From contig DATIYI010000061.1 in assembly GCA_035517695.1 (NCBI GenBank), forward strand, positions 1 to 24,000: DNA of 24,000 bases, written 5' to 3'. The stretch comes from Streptosporangiaceae bacterium (GTDB taxonomy: Bacteria; Actinomycetota; Actinomycetes; Streptosporangiales; Streptosporangiaceae). The position numbers and the translations under genes were made by a program. Shown here one piece after another: positions 15,990-23,616 of the stretch (positions are counted from its first letter, which is position 1; every line of letters begins with the position of its first letter). A model generated the notes under the pieces. The model saw only the letters and a program-made list of their open reading frames with translations. It was not told the DNA's origin and did not search any database.

Positions 15990-16870
15990 CAGTTGGGCAG
16001 CGAGCGGATGAACGCGCCGCCCGTGCCGCCGTACGCGCCGAAGTCGAACGGGTTGTCGCCGATGAGCGAGGCTGGGCCGGTCAGTGGTCCACCGCACCGT
16101 TCACGTAAGAGCGCTGGTTGCGGTACGCATCGACCGCGCGGAAGGTCACCCGGGTGGCCACGGAGCCGTCCGCCACGATCGACGCGTCGCCGGCGGTCAG
16201 CACGAGACGGTCCCTGGACGAGTCGGCTGACAACCGCACGGATGCGCCGCTGCGGCCCGGCCGGGCCGCAGCGGCGCTGATCAGCCTGCCGCCGCGCCCA
16301 GGTCGCTGATTTGGGACGAGGACGCCTCGACGAGCAGGATGTGGCAGTTTGGACAGAGACTCGCGCTCGATGATGTTGTCGAGGCATCCGGCGCCACCGC
16401 CCGCCAGGGACGCGACGATCTTCCGCCACGACGCCGCAGGCGCCTGCGCGATCTCGCGCACCTGCGCGTGCATGACGGCCTGCCTGGCGAGCACCGTGCC
16501 CGGGTCCGGTCCAGCGGAAGTACTGAACTCCGTCCAGCGTGCCTACCGCCTCGCTGACCAGGTACGGCACGCCATTGATCGGCGGAAGCAGCGTCGCGTT
16601 GGCCCCATCGACATGATAGTCGTTGAAAGCGAGCACGCAACCCGCCCAGTCCGTCGTGGTGTGCGGCCGCATCGCGCCCGCGGAAGCCGATCCTGGTGCC
16701 CTGGATGCCCCGCCCGGCAGCCCGGACAGGGTCGAGCGGACCGTGTGCGGCAGGGTGATCTCGGTGCAGCCGCCGTCGGCGTATCCGGGCTCTTCTGCGC
16801 CCGCTGTGTAGACGCCGCCGAAGAGCCAGCCCCGGTCACGGCCAGGACAATAGCCAAACCGAGCAGGCAA
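15990..16870 (-). pseudogene. Heavily decayed glycoside hydrolase remnant (GH2 / beta-galactosidase-like)
   Basis: Fragments lie in at least three minus-strand frames. Around 16495-16870: EEPGYADGGCTEITLPHTV and TDWAGCVLAFNDYHVDGANATLLPPINGVPYLVSEAVGTLDGVQYFRWTGPG. Ending at the stop at 16081: VRLSADSSRDRLVLTAGDASIVADGSVATRVTFRAVDAYRNQRSYVNGAVDH. Around 15995-16066: LIGDNPFDFGAYGGTGGAFIRSLP. These resemble the N-terminal sugar-binding and C-terminal Ig-like parts of GH2 enzymes, but the total length is far too short. The family call is from memory only. Confidence 0.45.
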
Positions 16871-17012
16871 TCGGTGCTTGTCGGCTCAGCTGGCTCGCGC
16901 AGCCGCCCTGCGCTGCCTCTCAGGCAACGACCAGGTCTGGCGGGACTTGCCCCTAAAACGCCGCAATAGACTGTGTGCCGGTCTCCACCCGCGGCCTCTG
17001 GCAGTATTGCTC

Positions 17013-18209
17013 ATGATGAAGGTCACGTACCTGAAAGTTCCCAAACCTCGCCGCGCCACGGCAAATGACCTGCCGGGGCCTATAGCGACGGCCCGGCTCG
17101 ACCGCAGGACGAAGGATCTCACCAAACGGATGCTCCCAGGTGAGATCGCCATCATCGACCACGTCGACCTTGACCGGATGGCCGCCCACGCGCTCATCGA
17201 GCGGCAGGTGGCTGCGGTGGTGAACGCGGCGCCGAGCATCAGCGGCAGGTACCCGAACCTGGGCCCGCAGATCATCATTGAAGCGGGTATCCCGCTTGTT
17301 GACGACGTCGGCCAGGACGTGTTCGTCAAGGTGGCCGAGGGCGACGTCGTGCGGCTCGACGGCGACACGCTCTACGCGCACGGCCAGGTGATCGCCAAGG
17401 GCGCCGTGCAGACCGAGGAGTCGGTTGCGGCCGCGATGGCCGAGGCGAAGGCCGGCATCGCCGTGCAGCTCGAGGCGTTCGTGGCGAACACGATGGAATA
17501 CCTCAAGCGCGAGCGTGAGCTGCTCCTCGACGGGGTCGGCGTGCCCGAGCTGACGACCCGCCTCGAAGGCAGGCATGTGCTCGTCGTGATCCGCGGCTAC
17601 CAGTACCGGGAGGACCTCGCGGTCCTGCGGCCCTACATCCGTGAGTTCAGGCCAGTCATGCTGGGCGTGGACGGCGGCGCGGATGCGCTGCTCGAGGCCG
17701 GCTATGTGCCCGACATCATCGTCGGCGACATGGACTCGGTGTCTGACACGGCGCTCGCGTGCGGCGCGGAGATTGTCGTGCACGCTTACCGCGACGGGCG
17801 GGCGCCCGGCCTGCAGCGGGTGCAGGACATGGGGCTGGCCTCCGTCGTATTCCCCGCGGCCGGCACCAGCGAGGACATCGCGCTACTGCTCGCCGACGAC
17901 CTCGGCGCCAGCCTGATCGTCGCGGTGGGCACGCATTACACCCTCACCGAGTTCCTCGACAAGGGCCGTTCAGGTGGCTCAAGTACGTGGCTGACCCGGC
18001 TGCGGGTGGGCAGCAAGCTCGTCGAGCCCAAGGGAGTAAGCCGACTCTATCAGAGCCGGATCTCCGGCTGGTGGTTGCTCGCCATGGTGCTCGCAGCGTT
18101 CGTCGCGCTGCTCGCGGCGGCGAGGTCCTCGTTCGCCGCACACGCGATGTTCGAGTACGTTCGCGCGCAGTTCGATACTTTCCTCTACTGGCTAACCGGA
18201 CTGTTCTAA
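17013..18209 (+). CDS. steA: Putative cytokinetic ring / cell-separation protein SteA
   Basis: From ATG 17013 the product reads MMKVTYLKVPKPRRATANDLPGPIATARLDRRTKDLTKRMLPGEIAIIDHVDLDRMAAHALIE. It has a thiamin-pyrophosphokinase-like core (GVDGGADALLEAGYVPDIIVGDMDS) and a C-terminal TM helix. It occupies the Rv1697 position after recN. Confidence 0.85.
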   Translation: MMKVTYLKVPKPRRATANDLPGPIATARLDRRTKDLTKRMLPGEIAIIDHVDLDRMAAHALIERQVAAVVNAAPSISGRYPNLGPQIIIEAGIPLVDDVGQDVFVKVAEGDVVRLDGDTLYAHGQVIAKGAVQTEESVAAAMAEAKAGIAVQLEAFVANTMEYLKRERELLLDGVGVPELTTRLEGRHVLVVIRGYQYREDLAVLRPYIREFRPVMLGVDGGADALLEAGYVPDIIVGDMDSVSDTALACGAEIVVHAYRDGRAPGLQRVQDMGLASVVFPAAGTSEDIALLLADDLGASLIVAVGTHYTLTEFLDKGRSGGSSTWLTRLRVGSKLVEPKGVSRLYQSRISGWWLLAMVLAAFVALLAAARSSFAAHAMFEYVRAQFDTFLYWLTGLF

Positions 18210-18210
18210 A

Positions 18211-19218
18211 GTGATCGATTTTCGCTACCACCTGGTTTCCATCGTCGCGATCTTCCTCGCCCTTGCGACCGGCATCGTGATCGGCACCACCGCGCTGAAC
18301 GGCCCCGTCACCGAGGCATTGCAGAACGGCAACAACTCCCTGCGTAACGAACTCAACAGCCTGCGCAGCCAGAACGGCGCGCTGCAGCAGCAGCTCAACG
18401 CCGCGGGGACGTTCGGGCAGGCGGCCGCGCCGCGCCTGCTCGCGCACCTGCTCACCGGACAGCGCGTGGTCGTGATCGACGCGCCCGGTTCATCGGGCCA
18501 GGTCCAACAGGGCGTCACCACCATGCTCCAGCAGGCCGGCGCCACCATCGGCGGCCAGATACAGCTGCAGGACAAGTTCTTCGATACGAGCGCGACTACC
18601 CTCGCCGAACTGGACCAGCTCTCGCAGAGCCTCACACCGCCCAATGTCACGCTCACAGGCAACAGCCCGCAGCAGCGCGCGGCCCAGGTGCTCGCCGGCG
18701 CTATCACCACTAAGGCGTTTCCCGGGCTGAAGGACTTCACCAGCCAGAACGTCGTGTCCACATTCGCGGGCGGAGGTTTCCTGACCACCAGCGGACAGCC
18801 CGCCGCGCGTGCCACACTCGCGGTCGTGATTACGCCAGCGAATCCGCTTACCGGCCCGAACTCCGCCACGACCAACCAATCGCTGACCGACGTCGCCGCG
18901 GCGGTCAATTCCACCAGCCTCGCGGCGGTCATGGCCGGGCCCGCTAGCTCGACGCAGGCGGGCGGCGCCATCGCGGCCCTGCGGGCCAGTACCAGCGCGA
19001 ACCAGGTGTCGAGCGTGGACAATGCCGACGAGACATTCGGGCAGATCGTCGTCGCGCAGGTGCTCGCCGAACAAATCGGCACGCAGGCCCCGGGCAGTTA
19101 CGGCACCACAGGCGCGAATGGAATCGGGCCGAGCCCGATGCCGACCGCGACGGCAACCGACACCGGGTCGCCCTCGCCAACTCCGGTCAAGAGCGCGAAG
19201 GCGGGGTCCCAGCAGTGA
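18211..19218 (+). CDS. MctB/SteB family protein (DUF3186, annotated as copper transporter)
   Basis: MIDFRYHLVSIVAIFLALATGIVIGTTALNG is the family signature N-terminus with a TM helix. A coiled-coil segment follows (LRNELNSLRSQNGALQQQL). GTG 18211 lies 1 nt after the steA stop. Confidence 0.8.
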   Translation: MIDFRYHLVSIVAIFLALATGIVIGTTALNGPVTEALQNGNNSLRNELNSLRSQNGALQQQLNAAGTFGQAAAPRLLAHLLTGQRVVVIDAPGSSGQVQQGVTTMLQQAGATIGGQIQLQDKFFDTSATTLAELDQLSQSLTPPNVTLTGNSPQQRAAQVLAGAITTKAFPGLKDFTSQNVVSTFAGGGFLTTSGQPAARATLAVVITPANPLTGPNSATTNQSLTDVAAAVNSTSLAAVMAGPASSTQAGGAIAALRASTSANQVSSVDNADETFGQIVVAQVLAEQIGTQAPGSYGTTGANGIGPSPMPTATATDTGSPSPTPVKSAKAGSQQ

Positions 19219-20372
19219 GCCCCGCCGGACGTGAGGATGCATGGGGCAGCTCCAGCCGCCGCCTGCTCAGCTGTGGTCCGCTCAGCCGTGGTCCGCTCAG
19301 CCGTGGTCCGCTCAGCCGTGGCCTGCTTACCTGCGTTGCCGCGGCCGTGACCGCCCGCTGCGCCTATGCTCTGCTCAAAGCGCATCCGCCTGGCGGCAAG
19401 CATGTGTGGCACCGGACCAACCACCGCGGCGAGCCTGTCACCCTGCTCGAAGGTCCAGCGGCCGCCCTCGGCGTGGTCGCTGCGGTCGCCGTCGCTCCGG
19501 GTGTGCGCGCCCGGGTGCGCGCCGCGGCAGCGCTGGCCGGCGCCGGTGCGGCAGCGTTCGGTGGGTACGATGACCTCGCGGGTTCTGGCGATAGGCGGGG
19601 ATTCCGCGGCCACCTGGGCGCGCTTCGGCAGGGCAATGTCACGACCGGCGCGGTGAAAATCGGCGGAATCGGCGCGACGGGCGCCGCGGCCGGTGCCATG
19701 CTCGGCGGCTCGCCCGCCGACGTGGCGATCAACGCGGGACTCGTCGCGGGCAGCGCGAACCTGCTGAACCTGTTCGACCTGCGGCCCGGTCGCGCCCTCA
19801 AGGTCGCGCTGGCCGCTGCCACGCTGCTACGCGCGCCGGTCGTGCCCGAAGCTGCGTCGGCGGCGGGCAGCGCCGTGGCGCTGCTCGGCGAGGACCTCGG
19901 TGAGCAGGCCATGCTCGGCGACGCGGGCGCCAACGCTCTCGGCGCCGTGCTCGGCGCCGCGGCCGCGACGAGCCTGCCGCGCGGCACCAGGCTGGCCGTG
20001 CTCGCGGGGATCACGGGCCTCACCGCGGCAAGCGAGGTCGTCAGCTTCACGAAGGTGATCGAGCGGACGGCGCCGTTGCGCTGGCTGGACATGCTGGGCA
20101 GGCGCCCGCAGCCACCCACAGCCACCCGCCCGTCCGCCCAGCAGGCCACGCACTCGCCAGCCGGGCGACCTGGCGCACCGGTGGCCGGGTCAGCGGCGGA
20201 CCCAGCCGCGGACGCGGACGGCCACGTGGGCTCCGCATATCCGGCGGGAGCGACGGGCAGCGGCAGCCGCTTCGGACCGAACGGGGAGGCACCGGCTGCG
20301 GCAGGCATAGCGTTCGGCGGGGCAGCTTCCCGCGCCCCCGAGGGGATGCCTGGGTCATCGATCGAAACGTGA
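19215..20372 (+). CDS. Integral membrane protein resembling glycosyltransferase family 4 (MraY/WecA-type polyprenyl-phosphate sugar-phosphate transferase), with a disordered C-terminal tail
   Basis: Motifs present are HRTNHRGEPVTLLEGPA, GGYDDLAGSGDRRGFRGHLGAL (DD loop) and LVAGSANLLNLFDLRPGRALK (compare the NxxNxxDxxxG motif of the MraY/WecA family). There are several Ala/Gly-rich TM segments. The last ~95 aa are Pro/Ala/Gly-rich. GTG 19215 overlaps the upstream stop (GTGA). The family assignment is from memory of motifs, not a search. Confidence 0.55.
   Translation: MSPAGREDAWGSSSRRLLSCGPLSRGPLSRGPLSRGLLTCVAAAVTARCAYALLKAHPPGGKHVWHRTNHRGEPVTLLEGPAAALGVVAAVAVAPGVRARVRAAAALAGAGAAAFGGYDDLAGSGDRRGFRGHLGALRQGNVTTGAVKIGGIGATGAAAGAMLGGSPADVAINAGLVAGSANLLNLFDLRPGRALKVALAAATLLRAPVVPEAASAAGSAVALLGEDLGEQAMLGDAGANALGAVLGAAAATSLPRGTRLAVLAGITGLTAASEVVSFTKVIERTAPLRWLDMLGRRPQPPTATRPSAQQATHSPAGRPGAPVAGSAADPAADADGHVGSAYPAGATGSGSRFGPNGEAPAAAGIAFGGAASRAPEGMPGSSIET
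19266..19325 (+). repeat. 4 x 15-bp in-frame tandem repeat (encodes GPLSR repeats) at the 5' end of the MraY-like gene
   Basis: The units are ctcagctgtggtccg (19266-19280), ctcagccgtggtccg (19281-19295 and 19296-19310) and ctcagccgtggcctg (19311-19325). Confidence 0.9.
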
Positions 20373-22261
20373 GGCGCGGGCTCGGCCGCGCTGCGGTACT
20401 GATCGGCGCGATTACCGTGGTAGCCCGGCTCGCGGGGTTCGGGCGCACGCTTGTCTTCGCGCATACCGTCGGCAACACCAACCTCGGCACCGCGTACACC
20501 ACCGCGAACCAGGTGCCGAACATCATTTTCGACATCGTGGCCGGAGGTGCGCTCACCGCGGTCGTGGTGCCCGTGCTGGCCGGACCTGCTCAGCGCGCGG
20601 AACACGATCCGGCCGCGGCGGCCGACGCCCGGCGGACCGCCTCCGCATTGCTCACCTGGACAATCCTGCTGCTCGTGCCCATGAGCGTGCTCCTGGCGCT
20701 TGTCGCTGGGCCGGTCGCGACGGCGCTTTTCGCACACCCGCACGGCGCGCAGTCGGCCGAGATCATCGCGGTCGCCACCAGGATGCTCGTGGTGTTCGCG
20801 CCGCAGATCGCGCTATACGGGCTCGCCGTCGTGATCTACGGCATCCTCCAGTCACACCACAAGTTCACCGCCCCGGCTCTCGCGCCGCTGGTATCCAGCC
20901 TGGTGGTGAGCGCCGCGTACCTGGCGTTCCTGCCGGTGGGCAACGGATATCAGGACAACCTGCGCGGCCTGCCCACCGCAGCGGAGCTGATCCTCTCTAT
21001 CGGCACCACCGCCGGTGTCGCCGCGCTCGTGGCGGCGGTCGCGGTCCCGGCGTGGCGGCTGCGGCTTCGGCTGCGTCCGGCGCTCCGTTTCCCGCACGGG
21101 GTCGCGCCGCGGGTGCGCGGGCTCGCGGCGGCGGGCGTCGCCGCCCTAGTGGCGCAGGACGCAGCGCTTGTCGCGGTCATCGTGCTGGCCAATTCACGCG
21201 GCGGCACCGGCGCGATCGTGCTGTACAACTACGGCTGGCAGATGTTCTTCCTGCCCTACGCGGTGCTCGCGGTGCCAGTGGCGACGACCGCGTTCCCGCT
21301 GCTTTCCGCGCACGCGGCAGCCACGTCGGCCACGCTGGCCTCCGGTGCGGGCGCCGCTGTGCCGCTCAGGCCCGGCCCCGCGCAGCCCGCAGAAACCGGT
21401 TCAGGCCCGCCGTCGGCAGCGCAGTCAGAGTCATCGCTGCGGGAGCCAGCGCTGCCAGGGTCATCAGCGCATTCGGAGCCAGCGCTGCGGGAGCCAGCGC
21501 TGCCGGAGCCAGCGCTGCCGGAGCCAGCGCTACCGGAGCCAGCGCTGCCGGAGCCATCAGCGCATTCGGAGCCATTAGCGCTGTCGGAGCCGCAGCCGGA
21601 CGCGGCAGGCAAGTTCGACGCCTTGGCCGCCACCTCGACGCGCGCGGCCGTACTCGTCTCCTTCCTCGGTGCGGCCGTGCTCGCAGGCGCCGCGGCGCCG
21701 GCCGCCCGCGTCTTCGTCCACCCCGCAAGCACACGCGAGCTGACCTTCGTGTTCCTGGCCTTCGCGCCCGGTCTGATCGGTTACGGGCTCGTCGCCAACC
21801 TCAGCCGGGTGCTGCTTGCGTGGGGCCGCAACCGCGTCGCCGCCCTCACAACCGTCACGGGCTGGCTTGCCGTCATGGCGGCGGACCTTGCCATCGTTCC
21901 CTTTGTGCCGCAGCGCTGGGTGGTGCCCGTGCTCGGGCTCGGCAACAGCATCGGCCTGAGCGTCGCGGGTGCCGCGCTGCTCATCGCCGTGGTGCGGGTC
22001 CGCGGCCGTAGCTGTGTAGTCGGCTTGCCACGCGCCTTCGCCGCAGGGGTGGCCAGCGCCGTCGCGGGTGGAGCCGCGGGCGCTGTGCTCGCGGCGGCGG
22101 CGAGCCACGTGTTCGGCCGGGGCGGCGCGCTCGCCGCGGCGGCGCTCACGCTGGTGGCCGGTGCCGTCATAGCGGCCGTGTTCCTCGCGGTCGCGTACCT
22201 GGCCGATTCGGGTGACCTGCGGGCGGCCACTGCCCGGGTGCTGCGGCGGCGGACGGCATGA
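20369..22261 (+). CDS. murJ: Lipid II flippase MurJ (MviN) with a ~100-aa repeat-containing loop insertion
   Basis: The N-terminus AAVLIGAITVVARLAGFGRTLVFAHTVGNTNLGTAYTTANQVPNIIFDIVAGGALTAVVVPVL is the canonical MurJ signature. There are many TM segments. GTG 20369 overlaps the upstream stop (GTGA). Confidence 0.9.
   Translation: MRRGLGRAAVLIGAITVVARLAGFGRTLVFAHTVGNTNLGTAYTTANQVPNIIFDIVAGGALTAVVVPVLAGPAQRAEHDPAAAADARRTASALLTWTILLLVPMSVLLALVAGPVATALFAHPHGAQSAEIIAVATRMLVVFAPQIALYGLAVVIYGILQSHHKFTAPALAPLVSSLVVSAAYLAFLPVGNGYQDNLRGLPTAAELILSIGTTAGVAALVAAVAVPAWRLRLRLRPALRFPHGVAPRVRGLAAAGVAALVAQDAALVAVIVLANSRGGTGAIVLYNYGWQMFFLPYAVLAVPVATTAFPLLSAHAAATSATLASGAGAAVPLRPGPAQPAETGSGPPSAAQSESSLREPALPGSSAHSEPALREPALPEPALPEPALPEPALPEPSAHSEPLALSEPQPDAAGKFDALAATSTRAAVLVSFLGAAVLAGAAAPAARVFVHPASTRELTFVFLAFAPGLIGYGLVANLSRVLLAWGRNRVAALTTVTGWLAVMAADLAIVPFVPQRWVVPVLGLGNSIGLSVAGAALLIAVVRVRGRSCVVGLPRAFAAGVASAVAGGAAGAVLAAAASHVFGRGGALAAAALTLVAGAVIAAVFLAVAYLADSGDLRAATARVLRRRTA
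21443..21595 (+). repeat. Nested in-frame repeats inside murJ: 5 contiguous 15-bp units (EPALP) plus flanking copies
   Basis: gagccagcgctgc(c/g)g units lie at 21476, 21491, 21506, 21521 and 21536, with an earlier copy at 21443. The ~23-bp repeat (g/a)g(g/c)(t/c)catcagcgcattcggagcc occurs at 21458-21480 and 21551-21573. Together they encode SAHSEPALREPALPEPALPEPALPEPALPEPSAHSEP. Confidence 0.9.
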
Positions 22262-22347
22262 GCGGGGCGGACATGAGCGGGGGCAAGGTGAGCGGAGGCA
22301 AGGTGAGCGGGGGCGAGGTGAGCGGGAGCGAGGTGAGCGGGAGCAGT
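22258..22347 (+). repeat. 6 x 15-bp in-frame tandem repeat at the 5' end of the GT4 gene, every unit beginning with ATG or GTG
   Basis: The units are atgagcggggcggac, atgagcgggggcaag, gtgagcggaggcaag, gtgagcgggggcgag, gtgagcgggagcgag and gtgagcgggagcagt, starting at 22258, 22273, 22288, 22303, 22318 and 22333. Confidence 0.9.
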
Positions 22348-23550
22348 GAGCCGGACACCGAAGTGACCAGCGTCACGTTGGTGCTGGGCACCACAGCAGG
22401 CGGGACCGGCAGGCACGTCAGGTCGCTCGCCGCGGGACTGGCCGCTCGGGGCATCGCCGTGGCGGTCTGTGGTCCTGCCGAGGCGCAGCAGCTGCTCCGG
22501 TTCACCAGCGCGGGCGCGCGGTTCGCCGCCGTCGAGATCGGCGACAGGCCGCGGCCGGTGCGCGACCTCGCCGCCACGGCGCGGCTGCGGCGCCTGCTCC
22601 GCCGCGGTGATGTTGGCGCTGATGACGACGCGGGTGACGCGGCCGGTGCGGCGCCACGGATCGTGCACGCGCACGGCGTCCGAGCGGGTGCGGTCGCCGC
22701 GCTCGCCCTCGGCGGTGTCAGCCGAGCATCAGGACACCGTCGGCGGCCCGTACTCGTGGTGAGCCTGCACAACGCCCCCCCGGCAGGCGGCGGGCTCGCG
22801 GCCGTGTTGTACGCGGCCCTGGAGCGGATCGTCGCCCGCCGCGCCAACCGGGTCCTCTGCGTGTCGGGTGACCTGGCGGCGCGGATGCGCCGCCGCGCGG
22901 CGCGGTCGGTGGGAATGGCAGTGGTGCCCGCCCCTGCACGCCCCGCCGTTTCTGCGGAAACGGCGCGGATCGTGCGGGCGGGGCTCGCCGCCGAGGGCAG
23001 GCCGGTAGTGCTCGCCGCTGGCCGGCTCGCCGCGCAGAAGGGGTTCGGGACGCTGCTTGACGCCGTAGGCCGACTGCGTGACCAGGATCCGCAGCCGCTG
23101 GTGGTCATCGCGGGCACCGGACCGCTGCAGGCTGAACTGGGCCGCAGGATTGATGCCGAACGGCTGCCGCTGCGGCTTCTCGGCCAGCGCGACGATATCC
23201 CTGCCCTGCTCGCCGCCGCGGATGTGTTCGTGCTGCCAAGCCTGTGGGAGGGGCAGCCGCTCATCCTTCAGGAGGCGCTGCGCGCGGGCGCGCCGATCGT
23301 GGCGACCCGTACCGGCGGCATTGCTGACCTGACGGGGGAGGACGCGGCGCTGCTCGTGCCTGTTGCTGACCCGCAGCGGCTGGCAGCCGCGTTGTCGTGG
23401 GTGCTTTCGGATCAAGCGCTCGCCCGGCGGCTGTCGGCGGCGGCGGCCGAGCGTGCGCGGTCGCTGCCGGACGAGCAGGCCGCCGTCGATGCAGTACTCG
23501 CGGATTACCGCCGCGCCGCGGACTGCCCGGTGCAGAGCCCTCCGGCGTGA
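22258..23550 (+). CDS. Glycosyltransferase family 4 (GT-B fold, GT1-type C-terminal domain)
   Basis: The N-terminal domain has LVLGTTAGGTGRHVRSLAAGLAARG. The C-terminal region has the EX7E motif in LPSLWEGQPLILQEALRAGAPIVATRTGGIADL. ATG 22258 overlaps the murJ stop (ATGA). The true start may lie within or after the repeat array. Confidence 0.85.
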   Translation: MSGADMSGGKVSGGKVSGGEVSGSEVSGSSEPDTEVTSVTLVLGTTAGGTGRHVRSLAAGLAARGIAVAVCGPAEAQQLLRFTSAGARFAAVEIGDRPRPVRDLAATARLRRLLRRGDVGADDDAGDAAGAAPRIVHAHGVRAGAVAALALGGVSRASGHRRRPVLVVSLHNAPPAGGGLAAVLYAALERIVARRANRVLCVSGDLAARMRRRAARSVGMAVVPAPARPAVSAETARIVRAGLAAEGRPVVLAAGRLAAQKGFGTLLDAVGRLRDQDPQPLVVIAGTGPLQAELGRRIDAERLPLRLLGQRDDIPALLAAADVFVLPSLWEGQPLILQEALRAGAPIVATRTGGIADLTGEDAALLVPVADPQRLAAALSWVLSDQALARRLSAAAAERARSLPDEQAAVDAVLADYRRAADCPVQSPPA

Positions 23551-23616
23551 CGCCCGATGGCCCATGCTGCGCCAGGTTTTGGCATCCGGTGAGGTGATCC
23601 GGCAGGCGCGCCCGCG

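Noticed and set aside
19364-20743. 459-aa minus-strand ORF antisense to the MraY-like gene and the murJ 5' end
   Set aside because: It is a shadow ORF. It spans two plus-strand genes whose junction is a GTGA overlap, and its product is Ala/Arg/Pro-rich with no domain signature.
21781-23264. Long minus-strand ORFs (297 and 365 aa) antisense to murJ and the GT4 gene
   Set aside because: These are shadow ORFs in high-GC DNA. The plus-strand genes carry clear MurJ and GT4 (EX7E) signatures.
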